This document shows, in pieces, positions 37,349 to 51,181 of a stretch of 64,000 bases of DNA; the stretch's first letter is position 1; every line of letters starts with the position of its first letter. The notes under the pieces were generated by a model. That model was not told where the DNA came from, searched no databases, and worked only from the letters and a program-made list of their open reading frames with translations. The translations under genes and the position numbers were made by a program. The stretch is taken from positions 6,138,001 through 6,202,000 of the forward strand of contig CM022679.1 of assembly GCA_012295275.1 (NCBI GenBank), in the 5' to 3' direction. The DNA comes from Chrysomallon squamiferum. Its lineage: Eukaryota; Animalia; Mollusca.

Positions 37349-39479
37349 GTATTTGATTAACGGTGTATGATGATTATGATTATTATTATTATTATTTGAA
37401 TTTTTTATAAACAACAACAAAAAGAGTAAACCCCACCAAAAAAACTAACAATAAAGCACCAATTTCATTCCAGTTCTTTATATAGTCAACTAAAACTGAG
37501 GTAAAAAAACAATTTTTTAATTAAATTATCATACTTTATTTTTTTTTATTTTTTTTTTATTGATGTTTTACAATCCATTTCAGATCTATTTTTACTTCTA
37601 TTCATTATTAACAGTTCATGTGCTTTTCCAGCACATATCAGAGAAAATATATAATTCTATAGATTGCACAACATGCTTTGTCTCAACTGATAGACTTGTT
37701 TACAGAACAAAATGACTTAACATTATTAACCTTTTGTTGTTATTTTATTTATTTTCAGAATGGCTACACTCTGTTCTTGCAGTTGACACCAATTCTTCTT
37801 CTTGTTCTCCTGTCATTACTTAGCAGTATGTTTGTTAGTGATCCTATCTTTAGTCTGCAGAGATCAAGGTAAATTTAAATTTGTAATCATAGTTAAAAAA
37901 AATGGTCGAAAAAAAAGGCCAATTTTGTGCACATCCATACTGATACATACGTTAAATTTCTGATCTTTACATCTGAGTGAATGCCTTAATTTCTAAAATA
38001 ACATTCATTTTTACTGTTTGGAAAATAATTTTATATGGAAAATAATTTGGAAATTTTTGAAAAATGTTTTCATTTAGCAATATCCATGAATAGATTTGCT
38101 TAAACACTTTACAGTATGTAAAAATTCATTCTTTGAAACTTGTTACAGCAAGAGTAACCCACTAAGTGACAGAAGAGAAAATTTGCTCTTTGATTTTATA
38201 CTAAACAGACTTTAACTCTTCTGTTAGCCAATTTTCCTACCCAGTTACAGCTGTGTTGTTGATTTAAGGTGGTGTGTGCATTGCAGCAAATGAGAAAAAT
38301 AAACATTAAAACAAATCACTAAGAAGCAGCACTTTCTTGATACATGATAATAAGATGTGTTAAGATATCATTAGCCAAATATTGATAGATTTAAAAATAT
38401 ATATTTTTACAATATGATTTGTAATGGTGATTATGTGGACTGACTATTAAATGTCAGTTTATTATCAGTATAATTCTAATATAATAACGTCTTCTTTTTC
38501 AGCAAATATTCAGTGGAACGTAAAACATATAATCTTAAAATCCCTTATTATGTGAAAGATGATTTTAGACCAGAATACAAAGGAGAACTGCGGCGTATAG
38601 ATCGCATGGTAGAAGAAGAATATACATCAAATCTTAGGGCAAATTGTTGGAGAGAAAGAAGTTATAGTAAGTAAAGTTATACTCTGGGAGTAAACAAACT
38701 TTTTAAATAATCTTGACACCTTGGAATATTTGTTAATTGTTTCAGAAGTTCACAGTCTTAAACAACTTCATGTGTACATGCTTTGGAATAACTCTTAATA
38801 TCACAGTCTTAAAATATTTGTTTGAAATCAAATGTTTAATATGGAATAATTGTTAATCATATATCTAAGTGTTACCACCTTAAAATACATAAGGGTTTAA
38901 AAATTTAGTTCATTACCGTGGAATAACTGTTGATTATAACAACATAGATTTAAAAAGTATATATTTAATGAAGTATTGCGTGTCTTTATAGTTAGAGAAG
39001 TATGATAATGTTCAAAATTAATATTTAGATAAATGAGACTTCAAAAATGCTGCATTTTTTAGAAATAGAAAAAAATTGCGTTTTGGCAGATCACAACAAC
39101 CATCAGTTTTTAATAATTGTTGATCTGTAAATATGTTTGTTGTTTTTTCTAAATGTGTAAATACTGTGAGAAAGAGAATTCAAACTTTATTTCCATTATA
39201 GATCAAATTACATTGTTTTATAATTATTTCATTCCATTATCATTATAGTGAATAGATTTCCAATTTCGTGAATAGATTTATGTTGCTATTGAAGTATTTA
39301 CTTACAAATTTGCAATAATAATAAAAGTCTTCATCTAAGTTAAAGATAAATATTTTTGTTTATTTACAGAAGAAAATATGCTGTGGAAAGCTAGAAATTA
39401 CGGAGATGCCAAGTTGTATCAACGAGCGCAAGATTTAGGTACACCTTCCTGTGATCAGTTACACCGAATGTATTCATGA
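33432..39479 (+). CDS. DNAJB12: DnaJ homolog subfamily B member 12/14 (ER-membrane J protein), 9 coding exons, 364 aa
   Basis: Exons 33432-33564, 35107-35284, 35696-35841, 36233-36358, 36777-36833, 37232-37302, 37759-37868, 38503-38666, 39370-39479; all GT-AG, total 1095 nt. N-terminus [12 protein letters not shown] domain with [24 protein letters not shown] segment [19 protein letters not shown]1977-type C-terminus. Probably co-orthologous to vertebrate DNAJB12 and DNAJB14. Confidence 0.95.
34021..34442. repeat. Nested inverted repeats (MITE-derived foldback) in DNAJB12 intron 1
   Basis: Order A-B-(TA)n-A'-C-A-(TA)n-B'-A'-(TA)n-C'. A = ACATGGAACTAGAAACTAAG.GTAAGAAAGGATGG...AGAATGA (~50 bp); C = ATTTATGGTTATTATCAAAA.CCAGTAAGAGAAAAGCTACTAATGTGTAAACAT. 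Confidence 0.9.
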
Positions 39480-42400
39480 TAGAATTTATCAATCAGCTCT
39501 GCACCAGGATTTACAGCGTTAACTCACCAAACATTTTTAAAATGGGGAAGTAGTGTAACAGATATTCTGTTCAAATTACACAATTGGGACAGTAAAAACT
39601 ATTTTTTATTTACTTAAACAAAACAAAACAAAATAAAAAAAACACATTTAGGTGATAGAAAAATAAAATTTGATTTCTTTAAGTAAATGCTACAATGAAA
39701 TGTTTGTTTTATAGCAAATTTTCTATGATTTAAAAATGAAAATGAGCTTGTCTTATTATTACAAGGAAAGTGTCAGGAAATTGAAAATAATTTAACATGC
39801 AGGCATGCATGCACACAACCACACACACATACATACACTTAGCTGCTCATACAGTTATTTTTTGTCACTTTATATAATGTTTACAATATAACCATCAGTT
39901 TCTTAGGACTGGAAGTATTCATATTTAAATATTATATTGTGGAATTGTAAATGTTTTTGCAATGCCCTGGTGCATAGCTGCCTATGTTTTTCAGGTGTTG
40001 TTCAAACATTGTGATATTCACGTGTAAATATGTGTTTCAGATTGTTCTTAATAATGTGTACTATGTTTAATTAATCACTTTTTTACACATTTTATTTTCA
40101 ATACAGACAACATACCAATCCACCTTATACATAATATAATTAATGTTAATTAATTATTAAAATAACTTGATGAACAAAACCATTGGCATTTGATTAATTA
40201 TTATATTGGATGAGAATTTTGTGTTCTGGCTGTTTCTGAATCTAGTTTTCTTTGGTTAGGACTACTTGGGGGAAATACATTATTTTAAAATGATAATAAT
40301 TCACTGTAGTTTTTTTAGTTTTTTTAAATAAAATAATCTTTGACACACAGTTATTACCTACTTTTTTGTTCAAATATTATACATTTAAAATCTGTGTAGC
40401 TTTCTTTTTAACATTAATATTTTAGGTTATAGATAAAATTTAAGCTGTTGCATATGTCGATTTTGCTGTAAAGAATTTTTGTTTAGTTTTAATTGTTTAT
40501 TTTTATATTGCACACATAACCCCCCAGAATTAGGGACTTAGAATACAAGTGAAAGAAAACCGAGTTAAACACAGTTCTAATTTAAAACAAATAATTAATA
40601 AAAATAAATTATATATATTTAAGCACATAGAACATACTAGCTTAACATGAAATCATAGTTAGAAAGAAATTTTACATATTTTGTAAAATATTTGAATAGA
40701 CTGTTATTTTTTATTTGCATAATTATTTAATGAAAGGCCTTTCTAAAAAAAAAAAATGGTTATGGGTATATTTTTAAGTACACTGGTAGACATTTATTTT
40801 TTGGAAAAAAATAATATATAAATGATTAAATTTATTTCAATCACAAACATTAACCTTTGAAATTGTAGTGTGTGATTTTTATTTATTATTTTATTTTATT
40901 TTTTTAACAAAATAAACTTTGTTCCTACAACCATTTTATTTCTGGAGCATGCCCTTTTTGTTGCTTGTATATATTTGTACATATGATAGAAAACTTACAA
41001 GACATGCATCATTTGTATAAATCATGATAGAAAAATATTGTATTTGTCCTGATGTAGATGTATTTAAAAAAAAGATGTATGTAAAAATGTGATTGTTGGT
41101 GTGCTTGTGGAAACGTGTTGACACGATAAATATTTTATCTAAATAAGATTTTATATAATTATGTGTTGCTGGCCAACAGAAAGGTATTACAGCTCACAGC
41201 ATATCTCCAGTACAGTCTTATTCACAAATATTTTATCACTATGTTCAATTGGCATTTGAAGCGTTTCATCTGTTTGACATTTATATTTATATGTTAAATT
41301 TTTAATAAGTATTAATTAGAGCCAAATTGGAAATATCATTCGGTAAATATAATCATTAAATTTTGAAATATTTATAAAATAATAATTATTATTGTAAGAG
41401 TTAAACATATTTCAGTGTTAAACAGAATTAAGAAAAATAGTATATAGGTCAAAAAAATATCTTACATAGGACTTTTTAAGATGCAGCTAACTAGGAATAC
41501 TCCATTTGTTTTTGTGGAAGTTTTCATCCAGCCTTTCAGATATTTCATAACATAATTTGGTCAATCCTAAATATAAGCCTTTAAGATTTCAAATTTGTCT
41601 GTATAAATGCATCAGTATAAGCTATGTGACCATTGTAAGAAAAGAGAATTCTGGAAAAAACAGAGCTTTGCACAGTAAATTAAATATTTTAAGGAAAATT
41701 TCTAAACACCAAAGATGATAATTATAATTTACAGAAAACAACATTGTTTGGAAGGGTCTTATAAAAAACTTGTAAATGTTTGTAAATTAAAACTGCCTTA
41801 TCTCATGCTTCAAATCATACACACATCATTTTGTGATTCATAGATTGCATAATTATAAACATTCTTTTTAATGTGATTTTTAGACTATCATTGTTACTTA
41901 GATCTGTGTGATTGAAAGAATCCATGTTTTACTACAAACGTTTTAGTCCTTGTGCAGGATTGTTTAGCCTGGTTGTAAATATACATCTTTCATCTTCTTG
42001 TCCTTGTTGTGAAATTTGAATTTTTATATCTGATATGACTTGATAAAATTGAATCTACTGATTTCTTTACAATCTTGTTTATTTATCAGACAGGAAAATT
42101 TCATTGTGTATAATGTATAGTAATAACAGTAATAATAATGAAGTATTTTAAAAATCTTGATCTTCAAAATGAAGTCAAATTGTTTGGATGATAAAGGGAT
42201 ATGATTAAAAGGTTGCAAATATTTGTCACAACCTTTTATAATAATTAAATTAGTTAAATGTTAATTTACTTAGATATTGGTATTTATTGTAATATATTTC
42301 TTTGGACTAACTCCTCACTCAGACAGAATTATAATATTAAGATACAAGTTAAAGTTTGCTTAAAATAATACTGTATATATGTTTTTTCAAATAAAAAAAA

Positions 42401-43851
42401 ATTAATAATATAATAATAATAATAATGTAAATAGTTTTTAACAAGGGAGAGAAAAAAGACACAGATAAGCTATTGTACCAGATTTTGCCTCCGAATGTAT
42501 AATATTGTTTTTATTTATAATTTGTGTTGTGTTTATTTCCTCTAGTATTATTTGCAATACAATATTAAAAACAGATATTAAAAGATGTCTTAACAGTTTT
42601 GTTGTTTCTTGTTTTTAAATCTGTAATAGAAAATGTTTGCTTATTAAATGCCAGTTAAGTATATGCAGTTTCAACTATTACTCAAACAGCATCTCTCAAG
42701 TTTAAGTTTGTATAGAAGTTTTCAACAATTTAAGTACTATTTCTAGTACTACAAATACCAAAAATATTGTCCATTCAATAAATTACTGCCTGCTACATAT
42801 TCTGCATACAAAGTCAAAATCAAAGAGAATCTGTATGCATTATGTTAAGTTGTCATTTGATGGACCTAACAAGAGGCTTAAGATAAAAAAAAAAATAATA
42901 AAAAAAATTTAGTGAGTAATATTTTTACAAATGTATTTACATACATGTACATTTTCTATTAAATTCACTAAAGCAAGGAAGATAGAAGGAAGTTTTGCAT
43001 AAGTTACTGAAAGTAGGCAATTACTTAAAAATAATTTTTTTATTAGGGAGTAAAAGTACAGTGTAATTATTATTTCTGACAATCTGACAATCTGACAATA
43101 TAAAGATAGTGTGTATTAATAAAATAAGGTGAAAAAGTACTGTAATGTGGTAGAAGAAAAAAAGGAAGAAACAAATGACTGATTACATAAATACATTTAT
43201 TTACATCATAATTAATTCTTAATTATGGTTTTACACTAAGTAAGTATAGCTTTACACTTGCTTAATAAATATGAGGTCTGAATTTATGGCTTTAGAAGTG
43301 TATAGCTACATATGTTCACAGAATTTAAGAAAAATAAATTTAATTTTTGAGGAGAAACAAACTGCATCATAAATAAAAAGCAAAACTAACTTCATTATAA
43401 TTAGTTAATAATTACAAATATTGAAAAAATCATAACATGACAAATTAAACCCATGTCCAGCAATTATACATAAATGATAATAATAGAAATAAACCATTGA
43501 AATAATGTTAAAGGAATTATTTGTAACAGCCTTTCTGCACTTGTCTGGCACTGACCTGCTGTATTTTAAATGTGGTTTCCTTACTTCAGAGTAATGTATA
43601 AATTAAAGTTCATTTTGATTAATCAGAATGCTGTATTGAACCATTAAGTAATAATAAGACACACATAATAAACAGATATATATCTGTAATGTCTTGCACT
43701 TTGAAAGATTATTTATGTATTCCCTTATATTTAATTTGTCTTTTTTCTTCTTTTTCAGTGTTGATTCTAAATACAGAAATATGTTTATGATGTTACTGAT
43801 TTCACTGAATATTCTTATTTATTCTTGTAAATTCAGTTTTGCATACTGCAT

Positions 43852-44037
43852 TCAGTCCATCTCTTCATCAAGGTCAATAAAAACATCATACGCTTCACGA
43901 TTACAATTCCCGTCTGCAGTGAACACATACTTGTGAAATGTTCCATCTACACAGGCAGCTGCAAACAAAATAAAATTACAGAATGCATATCTTTATCTTT
44001 CTTTCTGAAAAGTGCTGTTACTTTGATCTGTTTTTTA

Positions 44038-44074
<37 letters not shown>

Positions 44075-47000
44075 CTACCAATAATACTAATAATACTAAT
44101 AATAAGAATAATAATAATATCTTTCATTATTTTTATCTCATTTTAAACGAATTAAGTAATTTCTATTATTTTTTTGATTATAATATAACATGATTATTGA
44201 TTTTTTTTCTTAACTTTACTGTGTTTGGATTAGCTTTACTTTTAACCCCATGATAATGATAGTGCATTTTTTGTTTAAGCTTATAATACCAAAATTTTTA
44301 AAAAATGACACCTCTTAAAATTACCCATAGTACCACTATTCCACTTAACCTGTTAAACTTTATCAGATGTATATCTACATTTTCCAAAAACTACCTACCA
44401 ATCACTGAATGTCCATTTTCAAAGGCACAAATACAAGCACATTCTGCGGCTACTGTGAAGCTAGCCAAACCCCACTGTGACTCAACATAAGGTCCCAGAA
44501 AACCCATCCTCTTGAACCTACAATTAACATGTTCTTTAGTCACTCACAAGTAAAAATAATATAACAGAAAACCAATCTTTTTCAACCTCTAATTAATGTT
44601 TTCATTACAGCATTTACAAGAAAAAAACAATGTTGCTGAAATCCATTTTTATAAACTTGTAAAAAATACATTGTGTGCTATACATGTAAAAGCTACATAT
44701 TATATAACCTATTCAGAGATTGTTGATTTGAGGTTTAATGAGTCCTGTGATTAATCCCACTCCAAAGTATGCCTGTTTGGCCAGTGCCTCCCAAAACTAG
44801 ATTATAAAAGGCTACTTTATGTATTTTCTTATCTATGACTGTAGGCTTCTTTTTTCTCTTTACACCATTAAATAAAACAAACCCCTTCCCTTAAAAAAAA
44901 GCAAAAAATAAAAATGATTTAGTATGTAATAATCTTCAATGCTCGTAAAAGAGTTGCCAAACAAAGATTAGTGTATTCATCTCTTAGTCTAACTGTCAAT
45001 CTGTCCAAAGTCTAAAGTGTAAGGGTAACTCACCTGAACAGATAATATCATAATTATGTCAAAAGGAAATAAAATATTTTAAAAACTCACGTTGAGGTTC
45101 GGTTCAGTTTTGTGTCTTTTACAGCAAAGATGTGGATTGTTCCCTTGTCACTTGAAGCACACAGAAATGCTGAGTCAGGACTGAATGAAATACTGCAATA
45201 AAAGAAATCATGCAACATTCAACTTGGATTTTTCTAAATATTCATTCACCAACTGTATTTCAAAAATTTATATTGAAAAAAGTTTAGTAAAAATAATGTG
45301 ATGTGTACATACACACACATACATTTTAAAAGGAAATAGAACAGAGTATAGTCACATTCATACATATCAGACCAATTAGATTTTTACATTTTATTTTCAG
45401 ATAAATATATTACAAATAAGAAAATTAAATATGATCTCAAAGTAAGTAACATGGCTTATGTGTAAAGAATGTGTGATATAACAGAAAGATTTGTCACTGA
45501 CCAGTACAGAAGAGCCGGATCAGCACCACGTCTTAACTCCACTACAAGTTTCTTTGATACAAGATCAAACACTCGTATCAACGTACCCTGCAAATACAAA
45601 ACAAAGTAAGTAAAACTAGTAAATAAACTTTGTCACACTGACAAATATATTTTATGTTATTTCTGTTTTTCAAAAATTAAAAAAAAAATTTAAACAGTGT
45701 TAAATAAGAATATGTATATTTTAAACATTTGTTTATCAAAATTGCAAAAACCACCAATAAAATTATTTCTGAAAAATGAAATCTTGTCTCACAAATAGGA
45801 ATTAACTGTGGAAGGGTAAAAAACCACACTGCATTATCAGAATCTATGGATATCATAGACAGACAACCCCAGACTCTTGAACTTAATGTTTGAAGATTCA
45901 ACAGAACTAAGCATGTCTCAAACATGACAGATCACATAAAATATATTGTTCTTCTGCAAAATTACTACACACCTTTCTTGATGCTGTAGCCAAAAGAGTT
46001 CCTTTCTGATCTAGAGCAAGACAAGCTAACTCCCCCTGGTGAGCATTTATTGTGACTGGAGAAACTGTCAAATCAGGTTTGAGACTTTCCAGATCCTGAT
46101 AGAAAACAAAATACCACAAAAATATAATTAATCCTTTCAGTTTCCACTCTATGTTTTTTGTCTACTGCTTTTATGATGAAACTCGTTATGTTTAGAAGGT
46201 TCATACCACCACTCTACACATTTTGTGAAGTAAAAAATAATATTACAATGCCAAAAATTTTAAAAAATAAATAATAATTTGTTCAAGTCTGAAAAACTGT
46301 CATCATAGAGATTTTATTGCATCTTTATTGATTAAAATTAAATAGGAGTAAAAATGTTCACTATACCAGTATGTGAAATTAATAAAGTTTTATATTTATT
46401 TAAATATCAACATAAACTAAAAAAAGGAATAATTTATTTATTTACCACAATTTGCACACTTCCACATTTTGGTCCAGGAAAAACCAGTGTCCTAGCAAAT
46501 GTGCTTACTTCTGTGAGTCCTAGAAAAAGAGTGAAAAAATAATGAAACAAATAATAATAATAAAAATAAATAAATTAATTAACAAATAATAATAAAAAAA
46601 ATAACTAAGTTTTTATTTAGAATAATCATTTTAAATTACAGATTTATAATCAGACTCTTCATTAGTCTTCAACCAAGATGGATGTCTTGAATGAATCAAT
46701 ATTTGTTTTACAATACCTAAAATATTTAAACAGTTATTAGCTAAGATGATTTTCTGTGGAATGATATGAGAATGGAAATTCACTGACATGAGTTGATAAA
46801 CTGCATAAATGATAGCAGTTTCTTGAAGGAAATTACATATTAGGACAGGCAGGCATAACACTGGTTGACTTTTAACAGACCAAAAGATGATAGCAAATGT
46901 GAATTTGTTACACTTTAACTCTTACTGTGTAAACATCTTAATACTTATTGTCCTACTCTCTCTCTCTGACTCAAATACTAGCTTACAGTCTAAATTTATT

Positions 47001-49708
47001 TTTCAAGCTTATTATCTAATTTATCTCTTCACAGTATGCATAATTTAAGAGGTAATACTCCAAAAGTCTGACAAATAATTGATAAATTTACTGCTCAGTA
47101 ATTATGTACAATGCCAAAATTCTTTTAAATTCCTAACATTTTATTTACTATTACACTAAACATCACAGTACCAATAAAAGAAAAGAAGATCATTTTACAC
47201 AGGGTTTTTTTCTAATAACAACATCATACCTTTAGGATTATCCCGTGTATCAAAACTATACAATTTCTGGGGATTATTGGGAAAGGAGAAAACATGAACT
47301 TGGTTTCTTAAAACCACAATTAACCTGAAAACAATTAAAAAATAAATACATAACTACATTTTAAAACAAGTTTTTGTCTAATGTTTTAAATGTGGTTTTT
47401 TTGTGGGGAGGTTGTACCTTTCAGCCTAATACAGATCATTATAAATATTTATTACATTTATTACATTTATATAATTTATCTGAAAGTATATTTCCTGATA
47501 ATAGTTTAATTAATTTTGCAAAGATAAATCTTAAGTACTAATAAAATATAACAGTAAATAAAACCTGCAGCAATTTACAGATGTTGTGATTTGCAACATT
47601 CTTATCATACATTGTTATTAGCAAAGAATAATCCAGCTAACAATCCAGCTAACAAAAATAAAACAATCACTGGTATTTAGATATTTTTGTTCATATGTAT
47701 TTTAAAATAAATACAAATCACTTTTTAAGTTTTTCTAATTACTACAAAGGCTGTGTTAAACAAATAAATCACTTGGAAGTTTTCAAAATGTAATTACACT
47801 GGGGTTTTTTTTTCACCTGCGGGTAAATGTTAAAACAAATGAATAAGATAATGTAACCCACCTGTCTTTTTGGATTCTTACTGCTACTACTGGTTGTGCA
47901 AATGTTATGTCCATCACAATCTTATCTGCAGGATTTTTCTGACAGTCATCCCATATTAAAACTAAATAACAATAATTTTAGGTTTCATTATCTAAAATTA
48001 TGAATTTTTAAAATTAATATTAAAACTATTATTCGTTATTGCAGGTAACAGACCATTTATTCAGCAAGCTTGAGAGCAGAGCTGACTTGTATTTCTGGGT
48101 TTTCCAGTCTTCTATGTCAAAGGTTTAATATATACTAAAAATATAAAATAGACAATGAAAAGTAAAGAACAAACCTTAATTTAACAGAATCAAAAAATAA
48201 CTTTTGAAGGTAGTTTTTTGGAAGCCAGATAAATGGTCTGTATAAAATCTGAATGTTCATAAAAGATAAAGGTTTTCCAAGGATGATATAAAGAAGACTG
48301 AAAATTATTTCACTGATTATACTAACCAGCTTTCTCATCAAACTTGGGTGTGTTTCCTCCTCCCACAAGTGCTATTAGATTACTGCGGAAAAACATTTCA
48401 GCACTGGCCAAACTCCCCACACAGTCAACACCTGAATATTAAACTTACATATGAACATGTAAGCATACACAAATGTTCATACATATATATAGTTGTATTT
48501 GTTTTAATGGTTTTAAAATAAAAAATAATTACTAAAACTGACATAAAATTTATAAATAATCCTAAAATTGAACATTTAAATTTATTTAATAACAGGTGCA
48601 GCAACTTTAAACTATTAAATTTTTATAATATTTAAATTAAATTGTTATTTTTGTCTGCAAACTTAAATGTTGTGATTAATGAATTGTAAGTACTTAAATA
48701 TTTATATTTTGAGCTTTCCTGTGTATGTTTTAATATAGATATATCTGTTTTGCATTTACAACTTGTTATAATTATTTCCTGATATAATCAGGGTTTTTCA
48801 AAAATTCAAAAATTCAAATCTTAAAAATATTACCAAAATAGAGGATTCTGAATAATTGAAATGATTTTAATATATATCTGTGCCTTTGGATAGATGCATT
48901 TCTTTATAAAGAGATATTTAAAAAAAAATTTAAAGTTACCAAGATAAAGTTTTTGAGTGAGTGGTTCAACATTGTAAATCTTCAAACCATTATCTGAGGC
49001 ACATGTAAAACAACCTGGAATTATTAAAACATTCAGAAACATCAATAATATAATTTACATAAAAATAAATATCAAATTAAATAATTCAGAGATTTAATAG
49101 TTATTGGAAAGAAAATTTAAGTTACTTTAAAAAAAAAAAAAATGGTTTCCTTGTTTTGATTTTAACCGCCCCCACTAAAAAACATGATCATACAAATAAT
49201 TAAAATCAATACAAATGATGTAAATTTATCACTTTAATATTTCTGCCTTTACAATACTAGTACTACTAGAAGTACTACTGCTACTAATCATAATAGTAAT
49301 ATTAATAGCAGCAGCAATAGTAGCTGTAGTAGTAGTAATCAAAATGTTTAAATAAATGTATGTAAATAAATAAATAAAATAAATAAATAAACAAATAAAT
49401 AAATAATAACAAAAACAATAGTAACAAAAACAACAATAATGAAAATTTAAAATTTAAGAAATTTTCATCAACAGTAATTTGAAAAGTTTTTCAAAAAAAT
49501 ACTGGGTTTCAACACTGTAGTTTTTTCTAAACTTTCCTGTCACAATGTTTTCAGCTGCGCTCCAGGGTTTTGCTGAGATTACTATAATATACAGTTTAAA
49601 AACTTATAACTTGCCAAACTTTCTTAATTTTCTTGAATATCATAATTTCTTACTATGATCTTGATTAAATCGAAGACTGTTAATGTCCCTGGAAGCGGAA
49701 GACATCAT
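43852..49708 (-). CDS. WDR45: WD repeat domain phosphoinositide-interacting protein 4 (WIPI4, Atg18/PROPPIN family), 11 coding exons, 346 aa
   Basis: Exons 49708-49654, 49014-48940, 48431-48327, 47961-47862, 47324-47230, 46519-46446, 46095-45973, 45587-45502, 45192-45091, 44517-44399, 43958-43852; total 1041 nt. Motifs [42 protein letters not shown] (phosphoinositide binding), [45 protein letters not shown] (WDR45-type rather than WDR45B). Confidence 0.95.
44716..44885 (+). mobile_element. Possible highly decayed SINE with Nin-like central domain in a WDR45 intron
   Basis: CCAGTGCCTCCCAAAACTAGATTATAAAAGGCTACTTTATGTATTTTCTTATCTATGA resembles, from memory, the CCAGTG..CCACGACTGG..TA.CAAAGGCCGTGGTATGT.CTATCCTGTCTGTG core of molluscan SINEs; A-rich tail. 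Confidence 0.3.
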
Positions 49709-51181
49709 CAGTTACTTAACTGGGTTTTGGTTTTTTTTTCTTAAACACAATCTAAAAAAATAAAAGAAAGAAATTACAAATTAAGTAAGTGAAAGGAAAA
49801 TAAATAATATATAAATTATTATTATCAGTAATACTACTAGTTTAAGTAGTTTACTAGATACTATTACTTCTACAATTATTACCACTTCCGTTTCTGTTTG
49901 TAAAATAACTTATAATTATTATATTCATACAATGAAATATGAAATGCACACAATAAAATATCCAAACTAAAACCAAAAATAAAAACATTTAAATTAAAAG
50001 AGACAAAATAAGTTTTTGTTTACTTCGGTATTATCGCCTATTTATATGAAAGAGAAATCTTTGCTAATGGTAATAAGTTAATAAGGAAGTGTGACAAAAC
50101 AATAATTTATAATAATATGAATGCCTGAAATGTCTAAATTGAAAGACTGACGGCAAACTGAAGTGTTTTGAGCGTAAGCTGTGAAATGACAGCTTCTAGC
50201 AACGTGCATCGATCTCGTTTCATACAATAAATAATGTTCATTTTTCAAGTTTGTGTTACTTATTTTAGTTTTACACTTCGTAAGTTCATTACCTATACAA
50301 GTATACGAACCCAACAATCTAGAATTAAGCAATTTACATCTGTAAGTTACTACAACTCGCATGATTTTTATTTTCCAAACATTAGATAAACAGATGTATT
50401 TCGTTCGTTCTTACATTATCTTCATTATATAACTGGTTTCACCTTGCTCATTTCATATACGTTTTTACCCTAGGAATATTGTTGATAAACAACTGGTTAA
50501 TGTAATCTTTGAAATGCTACTGAGTGACGAAAACAAATTAAAAACAAATATTTTAAATATTTAAAAGTAACAATACAAAACATAAAACAGTAAATTTTAA
50601 AATAATTACACTATTAAAATCCTGATACTAAACGATATCAAATTATTATTATAAATAATTTACATAATCCTATTCCAAGTAACAGTTATTGAGGTATTAT
50701 TTTGAATCAATTCAGTCGTAAATTCCTCCATCTATTACGATCCTCAAATACGGATATATATACACACACACACACACAAACAAAATATACGTTTTATTAT
50801 AAATACATTTAAATTTTAAAAATTCTTCAGCAGATTTTCTGTATATTTATAGGTATTATTATTATTATTATTAATTTGAAGATTTTATCTCCAAAAAAAA
50901 GAAGAAGAAAGAAAAACACATGATATTATAGTACAGAAATCTAATTTCGTTTATATGTCAAACTATAATGTGCGTACATTTACTGTTCACAATAACAACG
51001 GGATTATAAAGCTGTATTGTGAGTGACAAAAAGTATCAAATTTTAATGAATCTGATGATTAATGTTAACGTTTTCAATCACAACCTTTCTTAATTTAAGC
51101 ACATCAAATTTTGAGTAAGTACACTTCCTTTTGATTGGTTCTCTATAGAAATGTGAGAAAGCAGAAATTAAGAAAAAAGAA
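49709..51181. promoter_or_regulatory. Divergent promoter region between WDR45 and RBM22 (start codons 1.47 kb apart)
   Basis: Head-to-head genes; CpG reappears. ETS-like CACTTCCG (~49883) and ACTTCC plus reverse CCAAT (GATTGG) at ~51123-51138. A minus-strand acceptor at 49753-49752 suggests an upstream untranslated WDR45 exon. Confidence 0.7.

Noticed and set aside
39477-39482. TGA stop of DNAJB12 as selenocysteine or readthrough
   Set aside because: Immediately followed by TAG; the protein is complete at the usual family length.
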